From the NCBI GenBank assembly GCA_965644295.1, contig CBFFRP010000613.1, positions 1 through 10,591 of the forward strand: 10,591 nucleotides of DNA. Direction: 5' to 3'. The DNA is from Paraphysomonas bandaiensis. Lineage: Eukaryota; Protista; Chrysophyceae. Within the stretch, counting starts at the first letter, position 1. Every line of letters begins with the position of its first letter. Position numbers and translations under genes: made by a program. This document shows, piece after piece, positions 1 through 8,993 of this stretch. Under the pieces are notes generated by a model. The model saw nothing but the letters and a program-made list of their open reading frames with translations, made no database searches and was not told the origin of the DNA.

Positions 1-853
1 CAACCCCTACCTACTACCTACTACTACCAGTCAGGAGAGCCCCAGTACTCATCCCTTGCTTGACCCTAATGACCCAGTGGATGCTGTAATGTATTCTTCC
101 GTGAGCTTCTTGACATCACCCAGTAGGCTACCGAGGCCTCCCTCCTGGACAACCCCTACCTACTACCTACTACCAGTCAGGAGAGCCCCAGTACTCATCC
201 CTTGCTTGACCCTAATGACCCAGTGGATGCTGTAATGTATTCTTCCGTGAGCTTCTTGACATCACCCAGTAGGCTACCGAGGCCTCCCTCCTGGACAACC
301 CCTACCTACTACCTACTACCAGTCAGGAGAGCCCCAGTACTCATCCCTTGCTTGACCCTAATGACCCAGTGGATGCTGTAATGTATTCTTCCGTGAGCTT
401 CTTGACATCACCCAGTAGGCTACCGAGGCCTCCCTCCTGGACAACCCCTACCTACTACCTACTACCAGTCAGGAGAGCCCCAGTACTCATCCCTTGCTTG
501 ACCCTAATGACCCAGTGGATGCTGTAATGTATTCTTCCGTGAGCTTCTTGACATCACCCAGTAGGCTACCGAGGCCTCCCTCCTGGACAACCCCTACCTA
601 CTACCTACTACCAGTCAGGAGAGCCCCAGTACTCATCCCTTGCTTGACCCTAATGACCCAGAGGATGCTGTAATGTATTCTTCCGTGAGCTTCTTGACAT
701 CACCCAGTAGGCTACCGAGGCCTCCCTCCTGGACAACCCCTACCTACTACCTACTACCTACTACCAGTCAGGAGAGCCCCAGTACTCATCCCTTGCTTGA
801 CCCTAATGACCCAGAGGATGCTGTAATGTATTCTTCCGTGAGCTTCTTGACAT
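1..853. repeat. Tandem repeat array, 146-bp unit, about 5.8 copies visible (cut by window edge)
   Basis: The anchor GGAGAGCCCC recurs at 34, 180, 326, 472, 618 and 771 (periods 146,146,146,146,153). Units are nearly identical. They differ in an internal CTACTAC micro-repeat and at one T/A site (CCAGTGG in the first four copies, CCAGAGG in the last two). The array ends at ...TTCTTGACAT (853). Confidence 0.97.
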
Positions 854-1180
854 TGTATGCATTATGGTATGGTCCGATTAAATTGTTGAACACTTCAACC
901 TGTTGAGCATAATTTATTGCATTCCATCGCATGAGAGGAAACACTCTCATCAAATGTAGGCATAATTGATGCGACTCTTGATCACTTGCACTCTCATCGA
1001 TAACACTGCACCCCCATCCACACAATCTAGACACATTATTGAATCACCGCGCTCACACTCCATCCACATGCGATAATAGTAGCCATCTTTCCTCTTATTA
1101 TGCGGGCCTCTTAGAGGGTTCATACATTCATTAACCATAATACACTCCAACATAATATCTGACGGATCCAAGTTAGTCAT
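854..1180 (-). pseudogene. Degenerate ORF remnant at the gag position of element B
   Basis: Broken ORFs 950-1180 and 786-1034 lie just downstream of the PBS and leader. Short peptides are shared with the paralogous region of A (GDSIMCL/GDSVMCL, DGGA, RWNAI/RWSAI). No gag motif was recognised, so identity is positional only. Confidence 0.35.
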
Positions 1181-1398
1181 CTAGTCTCTAAATTTACTTT
1201 TTCGTTTTTTTCGTTTTGTAAATTCGCCTTAATACCCCCGTTTTTGTAAAAATAGTACTGATTTTATTTTCTATGTATGTTTCTACTGTACAGAGCAGTA
1301 TCGTCATCACTGATCGTTCCTCCAGCCCTACAAGTCGTATGGACTCCTGCTTCTCTGTCCAGTTACATTCCAATGGTCACACTTCAGCAGTTGTTTCC

Positions 1399-1416
1399 AA
1401 CTACCATCCGCTACCA
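1399..1416 (-). promoter_or_regulatory. Primer-binding site of element B (18 nt, TGGTAGCGGATGGTAGTT)
   Basis: Starts with TGG immediately after the LTR-terminal CA (1417); identical to the 18-mer at 3208-3225. Confidence 0.85.
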
Positions 1417-1422
1417 TGTCAA

Positions 1423-1427
1423 GTTAT
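1423..1427. repeat. Target-site duplication of element A, left copy (GTTAT)
   Basis: GTTAT directly abuts both ends of element A (1423-1427 and 3494-3498). Removing A plus one copy restores TGTCAAGTTATGACACAATTGG, the intact LTR terminus. Confidence 0.9.
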
Positions 1428-1695
1428 TGTCAAGTTATGACACAATTGGATGATTACTAAGATAACTGCACGTGTATTCACTCATGAATCAAGTTAAGAT
1501 AAGAGAAGATTATAATAAATATAATAAGCAATATATCACGTTATCTCTACTACCACTCATTTCTAGTACGATCTTACATCGTCATGATATCACTTCTCAT
1601 AATACAGTTAACCACTACTGTATTCTCCAGTAACCGTCATAATTCCAATATCTTAGAATTACAGCTTTTAATTGCTCAAACAGCAAAACTCAACA
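1428..1695 (-). repeat. 3' LTR of element A (268 bp)
   Basis: Minus strand reads TGTTGAG...ACTTGACA; matches 3226-3493 except T1541 versus C3339. Confidence 0.93.
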
Positions 1696-1704
1696 CTCCC
1701 TCTC
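1696..1704 (-). promoter_or_regulatory. Polypurine tract of element A (GAGAGGGAG)
   Basis: Minus strand TTGAGAGGGAG|TGTTG, the typical copia PPT/LTR junction. Confidence 0.85.
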
Positions 1705-1823
1705 AATTCAAAGATGTACATTGATTTGTCAAACCACGAGTCATGACTGACGGATATGCAACCACCAAAACCTCATCAGTTGTACATTGAATCTTCACAA
1801 CATCACGAGACATCACTGATGGG

Positions 1824-1946
1824 TAGAATTACAGCTTTTAATTGCTCTAACGGCAAAACTCAACACTCCCTCTCAATTCAAAGCTGTAGATAGACTCTTC
1901 ATATCACGAGACATAACTGACGGATACGCAACCACCAAAAACCTCA
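1824..1946 (-). repeat. Internal duplicate of 3' UTR + PPT + first 42 bp of the LTR
   Basis: 1824-1946 resembles 1654-1776 (offset 170), including a second GAGAGGGAG|TGTTGAG junction at 1874-1859. Confidence 0.85.
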
Positions 1947-2090
1947 GAGGACAAACCGGTGGACGTATGACTCCGACGTTTCAGCAAGCCTCACCATAGA
2001 CAACACATCTGAATGATCTTCTGTCTCTGATAATTAGCACGTATGATTTCCTATCCTCGTCGCTGAGATCAATCACACCACATCATTCAA

Positions 2091-2218
2091 CTTCAACGCT
2101 AAGTCGCGAGCACCCTGGCTGTCAGGAAGAATGGAGTGGGTTCGTACAATCGAAGTCCCAGTTCGACCAACACCCCCCGAAGCCACACCAGTTCCTGCAT
2201 GCCAGCAGACATAGCCTT
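2091..2218 (-). pseudogene. Ty1/copia RNase H fragment (frameshifted)
   Basis: Minus strand translates as KAMSAGMQELVWLRGVLVELGLRLYEPTPFF-(1-nt loss near 2124)-DSQGARDLALK. This fits the copia RNase H pattern (A...E..WLR..L.ELG....P.....D[NS]Q.A..LA.N). It is not in the supplied ORF track. Confidence 0.85.
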
Positions 2219-2410
2219 GGTCTCTCTACAATTAGACATATTATGTTAGTTATTAGATACAGTCACTGTCATCACACAGATTGACAATCTCCTCATCATG
2301 GAGAAGGTTTACCTCACCCAGGGTGGACACACTAGTCAACACCCGTACGCTTACCACACAAGTCTCCGTAGACTCAGCAGGTACAGTCTCACAGACAAGA
2401 TTCACGCTGA

Positions 2411-2751
2411 TCTCACTAGACTTAGTATACACAGTATCACTAGGCAAAGTACGAAGGGACATTCTCTTCCCTGGAATCTCATCCGCCGTTTAGACTTATT
2501 GGGTGCACCACCCAAAGCCGGCGTGTAGATGAAGATGCACCCCTTTTTTTCATCACAAAAACGAGGTTTTTATAGTACAGCCGTCTCACTAGATACAGCA
2601 CCCGCACTTCTCTCTGGCAAAATACGAAGGGACATTCTCTTCCCTGGAATCTCATCCGCCGTATAGACTTATTGTGTGTTCCCCACGAAGCCGGCGTAGA
2701 TGAAGACCCACCCCTCTTGTCGTCACAAGAACGAGGTTTTTAGTACAGCCG
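2411..2751. repeat. Diverged two-copy tandem duplication inside element A (173 + 168 bp)
   Basis: 2411-2583 and 2584-2751 both start TCTCACTAGA, share TACGAAGGGACATTCTCTTCCCTGGAATCTCATCCGCCGT and end TAGTACAGCCG. Confidence 0.9.
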
Positions 2752-2849
2752 GCGGTTATACACGTCTATATCGATTATACGATGGCCGAACTCTGCAACA
2801 GCTCGAACCAGTGGGTCACTCTTGACAACAACCGCCCCAAGCTCATCGT

Positions 2850-3067
2850 CGATAGCACTCCATCTATCTCATGAGGAACTACTCTCATCATAATATATAA
2901 CACAATGGACACGACTCCTCATCACTCGCACCCCCATCAACACAATCAGACACATTACTGAATCACCGTGCTTACACTCTGCACATGGGTAGACATCATT
3001 CTGATAATGATATGGGGTCTCTCCAGAGGGTTCATACATCATCAATCCAGTCTACTTTTTCTGTCAT
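2850..3067 (-). pseudogene. Degenerate ORF remnant at the gag position of element A, paralogous to about 920-1180
   Basis: Patchy nucleotide similarity to B (e.g. GCACCCCCATC.ACACAATC, GACACATTA.TGAATCACCG.GCT.ACACTC, AGAGGGTTCATACAT) with many indels and stops. Confidence 0.35.
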
Positions 3068-3207
3068 GTTCGATTGAAAACCCCAATTTTCATAAATAAT
3101 ACTGGTTTTATATCCTATATACTGTATGTTTCTACTGTACACAGCAGTATCACTCCTGCTTCTCTATCCAGTTTCATTCCAATGGTCACACTTCAGCAGT
3201 TGCTTCT

Positions 3208-3225
3208 AACTACCATCCGCTACCA
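3208..3225 (-). promoter_or_regulatory. Primer-binding site of element A (18 nt), likely for initiator tRNA-Met
   Basis: Plus strand AACTACCATCCGCTACCA reads as a tRNA 3' end (CCA, discriminator A, U72) and abuts the LTR end at 3226. Confidence 0.85.
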
Positions 3226-3493
3226 TGTCAAGTTATGACACAATTGGATGATTACTAAGATAACTGCACGTGTATTCACTCATGAATCAAGTTAAGATAA
3301 GAGAAGATTATAATAAATATAATAAGCAATATATCACGCTATCTCTACTACCACTCATTTCTAGTACGATCTTACATCGTCATGATATCACTTCTCATAA
3401 TACAGTTAACCACTACTGTATTCTCCAGTAACCGTCATAATTCCAATATCTTAGAATTACAGCTTTTAATTGCTCAAACAGCAAAACTCAACA
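3226..3493 (-). repeat. 5' LTR of element A (268 bp)
   Basis: TG...CA ends; near-identical to 1428-1695; followed by the PBS. Confidence 0.93.
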
Positions 3494-3498
3494 GTTAT
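3494..3498. repeat. Target-site duplication of element A, right copy (GTTAT)
   Basis: Immediately follows ...CTCAACA (3493); identical to 1423-1427. Confidence 0.9.
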
Positions 3499-3807
3499 GA
3501 CACAATTGGATGATTTACTAAGTTAACTGGACGTGTATTCACTCATTAAGCTTATTATAAAATTATAATCAATATCTCTTCTCATCAATTTCATGTTATC
3601 TCTACGTCCAATCGTTTCTCGTATGATCTTACATATCGTCACTATCTTGTATGATCACTATATTGTATTCAGTGTCATTACTACAGTAGCCATCATGTTG
3701 TTAGTTCTCATAATACTGTTAACCACTACTGTATTCTTCGACTAACGGTCATAATTCCAATGCCTTAGAATTACAGTTTTTAATCGCTCCAACAGCAGAA
3801 CTCAACA
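3494..3807 (-). repeat. 5' LTR of element B (about 320 bp including the displaced end at 1417-1422)
   Basis: Colinear with A's LTR but diverged, with extra sequence around 3640-3700; ends ...CTCAACA at 3807, after which similarity stops. Confidence 0.85.
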
Positions 3808-4025
3808 TAATACTGTCTGATAAACCGATGTTCATCAGATGTTATACATTAATGTGATTTTTTTAGAATAATTCTTTCTTGGAAGTACGTTCTGTGCAAC
3901 AAAGTAAGGTTAAGGTTTACGTGTAGAGCAATTTTAACAAGTAAGAAGTACACTTTACTCTTACTGCCGCATTAATTATCAACTAAAAGTCCTCTACAAT
4001 CTACAATACCACTATTATACTATTT

Positions 4026-7000
4026 TTAAGGGCGGTCGAACCCAATACAACTGAACTGAAGTGCGTTCTTGATGGCCCGCTTCATCTGATATAAAAATAT
4101 TAAATCAAAAAGTACTACATATATAGTGACGTACTTCATCCAGTGTTTTGTACTCTGGTAGATATAAATGTTTGTCACATGTTTGAGCCTCTGGGAGAGA
4201 GTTTACCGGGTCAAATGTACTCCTCAGTGCAAGTGGCTTCTTTGACTCCATGCGAGATATAGTCATCTGATGTTGTACATAAAACGATCGTGAGTTAGTC
4301 ATAACTTTTACAAGCACTAAACTTTACCTCCTCGTTATCATCTCCCCCGAAACCCCCACTGGGAGGCACACTGTTCCCTGTCCAGAAGAGCAAAAGGTTT
4401 CTCAAGTCCAAGTCACTCAGACTGTGCTCAAGCAAATGCCAGAAAAGTTTTATCACTCGGTGATTAGCGTGATAACCATTACTATAAAGCACATGAATAC
4501 GAAGACTTTCTACATCAATGCAACTATCCCCTTTCAAAAAACACCCAATATGCTTGCTACTGAGGATATTCAGTAGATACTGAGGTATAACCCGCAATAA
4601 GCCGGTACGTATCTCCCTCAGACTCGCTTCCATGCCTTGAGAGAGACTTCGGGCTCGACAGTAGAGGTTCACGTACTTCGCCTTGTTACTAGAGTCAACT
4701 TTAACTTGAGCCCCATCCTTCACGAGCTCCACATCCTGAGTGAGAAGGGATTGCGTACATACATCCCACACAAGTCTAGTACCGACAAATGTAAGATCCA
4801 TTGCTTGTAAGTCATCATCACTTAGGTCGTTGAGAATAACACCTAAACTGCGACACGTTGATTCGTCGCTACCACAGAGCTCCTGCCACGTGATTGCTCC
4901 ACTATAGTCACCATCTCTTGCTTGCCCTTTTGATCTCATGACCTGTTGGTCAAGTAGGATTTTCCATATGTAATGCGGCATGCCCACTCCTATGGGGCAG
5001 CAGTTCCGTATGTAATATCCAATCAGAACTCCCACACATCTAAACATCGAGATTGCCATCTTTTGTGCTTGCTTTCGCCTCATCCTACCTTTATTTTTGG
5101 CACTGCTGCCGTCCTGTTCTGCACGCTGAACTAAGGGGGATGATCCGTCTTCTCCATAATCCTTGCCACTACATCTGGCAAGTCAACAGGAACAACACAT
5201 TCTGGGTGACTGTCTCCAGACGAACGGAAAAGTGGGAAAACAGTGGACAGAGGTACACTGCTGAAATGACCCCTTTGTTTCTTCTTTTTGTTAAACGACT
5301 GTCCCTGTCCACATTCCTTGTACGATGTCTCAGTTAAGGGCTCCTGTTTGAGTATTTGTCTCTCCCCTTCCACCATATCCGTCAGAGATGTGGATGTGAT
5401 AGGAGCGGTGTTGAAGAATACTCGGCACATTTCAAGAAATTCCTTTACTGGACCCGGACCTACTCCTGCCTCTCCCTCATAGAGAATGGATAAATTGACT
5501 GCATGAAGGTTCTTGCTGTTGTCGAGAAGGAGTTGCTGTAGAACCGACTCAGCCCACACAGGCGGATCTGTAAACCGATTTAGGTGTATCTCAAAGTCCT
5601 GATAGCGTTGCTCGGTGCTTGAGGAGTCTTCTAGCATTGCATCGTCTACTCCAGACTCCATCATATTCACCACATAGTCCAAGCGCTGACAGTCATCCAG
5701 CACCCAGGGTACTCGTAGGAGAAATGGCAAGTGGGAAGATAGAAGACCTTCCTCCGCAACGTCGGAGGTACTGTCTACGAGACAAGCAATTCCGTCCTTT
5801 CTGGACTTACACAAATCCACGAACAAACTTGGCGTGTGAGCGATATGAGTGCCACCAGCGATATAGCGTAGTGCCAAGTCTGGACCATTCCTGGCGAGGG
5901 CACGGCGAGACCGTTTGTACTCATCAGGGGAGCTTTCAGAGACACGCTCAGATGCAGCCCCCATCATTAGACCCCAGCCTGATTCATGTGCAGTATTTCC
6001 GCCCCTCATCTTGTTGTCCCTTCTACCAACTGTCCTGATGCGCATTCCACTGGGAATCACTTTTGTGCAGTCATCTGCGACCATCCACACATACATGCCT
6101 CGGAGAAGTGTCGCGAGACGCCCCCCATCGTCAACAGATGCCATAAGCAGTGACAACATCTGGTCTACCCCGTGCCACACTCCCATGATCTCATTGCACA
6201 GTACTCCTGCTACGTATCTCAACAGCGAAACATTCACCTTAGCAGTTTTGTTCTTCTCCGCAGCCCTTCCACCTGGGATTAGTGGGAATTCTCCCGGATA
6301 AAGTACTCCACCCTCTTGCAGCACAGTAGAAACGGAAACTACTCCCACTGATCGACGATACACGGAATGGTTTTCGATAGGTTGTGCACATTCGACAGCC
6401 GTTGATTCGGGGCTCGTAGAAGTAGAGGCTTTCCCAAGTTCATTCTTCATCGTAATGTCACTGCTCCTCCTTTTCTCATTGTTACGTTTTTTCTTTCTTA
6501 TCTTTTTCTGAGTACTTTTAGTCACTTTGTAAGTACTCCTCATTTCCATACATATTAAGCGATGGATAGCAGGGAGCCTTGGAACTAAGACACACAAAAG
6601 GAGTTCAAGTAGTGCATCAAACATCTCCTCCTCATAGTTGTCTAGCCCTATTCCCTTTGAGTCAACAACTTGCCCAGTGATCCCAAAGAGTAGTGAAAAA
6701 CCAAGACTGCTAAGTCTCTCAAAAATTAGCGCTGCGACTGCCGGGTGACAGAGGCCTGGCAAAGGATCGCAAGACACATCAACAATTACGAAGCTGTTGT
6801 AGTAAGAGGGAATCTTTTTGCTTCGGGAACTCCTCTTGTCCCATCTATTCTGCCGTTTTCCCTTAGCTTGTTTCTCGCTGCCACAAGCAGGACTTATATT
6901 CTCGTGGCTGGGACAACACACATCTCTTGATAACTCGGCAGCTTCGGGAAATAATGCCTTTTGCCAGCGTGAAAAATTGCGGACATCCAGTGGGCTTTCC

Positions 7001-8993
7001 CCATTGCTTGAACTCATGCCCAAACTTTCTCGCATTTCTTTCTCTGCTTCCAGAAGTGACAAAGTCGTGAGTTCCTATCGCAACATCATGAGCTTCGAAT
7101 ACACCCCATGTATCATTCTGATACATGCCTGTATAATATGAGCCCACAATCTAATGTGCTTGTTCTTCACACTTGGATGCATCGCCAAAAGGCACCACAT
7201 TACTGTATACAATGTTAGAGTGTCGTTTCAGCACAAGCGATAAAATATTTACTACTGCACATACATGCTCTAAGAGTTCTTGAGTTGCATGGATGGTTAA
7301 AAAAAGTTCTCCAATTATGGTCCTCGTTAAGCAAGGGCAATAGGTGGGAGTCCACAGTTTGACGTGGAGGTCGGATGCTTCGCCCGTATATCCTTGCCGC
7401 CTCCAGAGCAATCTGAGACAAAGGCAATGACAATGCTATAGCCACGAGAGTATAAACACTAAAGGAGAACCATTGCAAAGGGGATCATCTCATCTGATTC
7501 GGGGTCGAATCCAGGGTCGGTATAACCTCCGTCTTCATCGTCGTCGCCTCCTTCTTTGCTCTCCCCATTAGATCTCCTGCCTGTTGCAGCTCTCCTAGCA
7601 GGACCTTCTTCAGATACGTTGGATGTAATAATTCCCATTTCACTACTACTGGGGTTGTCGTTTGTAGACATGAACGAGCTAATTTCCCACTGCACAGATA
7701 CAAAGTGCTGTGAACACGGCGAGAATACAAATAAGCAACTGGCGCACCGATGAGGTCTTGAAATCTCTTGAGAGCAACTCCAGTAGTGGAAACACTCCGT
7801 GTTGTCTAATCAAAACACACCATCCTTCCCTATAAAATACACCAAGTTCAAGTATTCAGATACAACATGCATAGCACGGAGTCTTACGAGTGTGTGAGTC
7901 CATAAGAAGGTAGCAGAGAAGACTCGACACCCATAGCGTTACTCAGTAGCATTAACACATTCTGACATCGCTCAATTCTTGCCGAGTCCCAATTCTCATC
8001 CAAAGGTATTTCATCTGGACCAACTGACAATCTACTGTCGTTTCCTTCAGAAGGGTCATGTGCCCAGTAGCTGTTATCCGAGCCTCCACAGGCACTGTCC
8101 TCATCTTCGTCAATATCAGACTCATCATCGCTCGCACTAGAGCTGCTGCTTCCACTGCTTGAGTCGTCGCTAGTACTAGAACCGTTGCTACCACTGCTTG
8201 TGTCAGTGCTTGCAATGGTTATTGACTTCGTATCATCATCGTTTTCAGTCATATGGTCGTTTACACTGGAACAATTTATTAGATATCCGTATATCACATC
8301 ATACATGCACCTTCAATATATAGGTTGGTGGTCACTACATTCACACGTACCCGAGTTGACTAAACATGCGACAGCGTCTCCTAATGCAATTAATTCGGCA
8401 CGCCACCAGTTGTGCTTCAACGGCTTGTAGAGGACTGTCTCCGGCGTCGTCTAAACTTCGTAGAGAGTCCTCACAACGAGTTAAGAGCAAACGAACGACA
8501 TCTATAAGCCCTCGTGTTGAGGCTAGGTGCAAGCAAGAGAGGGGGCTTCAGCTGCTGCACGCCATTCGCTACCTCTTTCGCCATCTAGAAGTAGCAGCAG
8601 CAATGAAACAATTTCGCTCTCTTCGCAGCCAGAGCAGAGCATGTCATGGACTGCTCTGGGATACATGCTCGGGGTGATGTGCTCTGCCAAAATCGCAAGT
8701 ATTTCCGTGTTTTTCACAGATAATGCGATACTCCAAGGAGTCTCCCCAGAAGAAGAAGCAGTGGATACATCCGCCCCATGCTCGAGGAGTGATTTCATGA
8801 CAGCCGTCTCTTGAAGTTCGATCGCTCTCATGAGAAACGTAACGCCAGTGAGTGTCTGTATGGGCGTATTGATGTCTTCAGCAGACATATTCGGAATAAC
8901 ACTCAGACACCCATTTCGGTCCCCTGAAGTGGCGAGATGAGCGAGATGAGCCACTGCAGGAGGTAAGCTTGTGTTTCCAGCCGAGAGATCCAT
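4026..8993 (-). CDS. Ankyrin-repeat HECT-type E3 ubiquitin ligase (HACE1-like architecture), about 1509 aa, multi-exon
   Basis: N-terminal ankyrin repeats (GVTFLMRAIE..LLEHGADV, GETPWSIA, LHLASTRG..DVVRLLL). C-terminal HECT motifs: YEGEAGVGPGPVKEFL, VELVKDGAQVKVDSSNKAKYV, VIKLFW, LLLFWTG, LPEAQTC (Cys 4177-4179), and Phe at -4 (GFDRP*). Manually inferred introns: 8311-8350, 7830-7887, 7690-7747, 7413-7470, 7203-7264, 7075-7128 (GC-AG), 4267-4327, 4086-4134. Two further frame breaks occur at G5 runs 8541-8545 and 5135-5139. The start is uncertain (the frame is open to ATG 9128). Confidence 0.88.

Larger units (their letters stand above)
1428..3493 (-). mobile_element. Element A: complete 2066-bp non-autonomous Ty1/copia-derived LTR retrotransposon (TRIM-like size)
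   Basis: Two 268-bp direct repeats (267/268 identical by manual comparison) with TG...CA ends, PBS after the 5' LTR, PPT before the 3' LTR, 5-bp TSD, internal copia RNase H remnant, and no intact ORF. Confidence 0.93.
1..3807 (-). mobile_element. Element B: older copia-derived LTR retroelement (5' LTR, PBS and internal region), interrupted by element A; 3' end outside the window
   Basis: Diverged LTR copy at 3494-3807 (minus strand starts TGTTG) whose terminal bases (...TTGACA) lie at 1417-1422, followed by a PBS at 1399-1416. Internal region about 920-1398 is homologous to element A's about 2850-3207. Inclusion of the 146-bp array in B is inferred from contiguity. Confidence 0.8.

Noticed and set aside
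1-853. CRISPR-like or telomeric array
   Set aside because: Whole 146-bp units repeat with no unique spacers; CCCTAA occurs only once per unit; the context is eukaryotic retroelement DNA.
640-906. 88-aa plus-strand ORF
   Set aside because: It arises only because the 153-bp variant unit is a multiple of three; the 146-bp units break the frame.
1770-1782. CTGATGAG on the minus strand, suggesting a hammerhead ribozyme (retrozyme)
   Set aside because: No downstream GAAA core or stem II is visible, and the paralogous copy near 1945 lacks the motif.
2253-2528. Three overlapping short ORFs
   Set aside because: They lie in the decayed interior of element A, have no recognisable motifs and are not maintained in the duplicated copy.
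3080-3095. AAAATTGG on the minus strand, resembling a giant-virus early promoter
   Set aside because: Imperfect match in an AT-rich retroelement leader, absent from the paralogous leader of B, and no viral genes are present.
920-3493. Simple segmental duplication (920-1695 vs 2850-3493)
   Set aside because: The jump from diverged flanks to near-identical LTRs, plus the PBS, PPT and TSD, is better explained by nested retroelements.
5053-8814. Numerous plus-strand and alternative-frame ORFs
   Set aside because: Antisense or out-of-frame shadows of the HECT gene exons.
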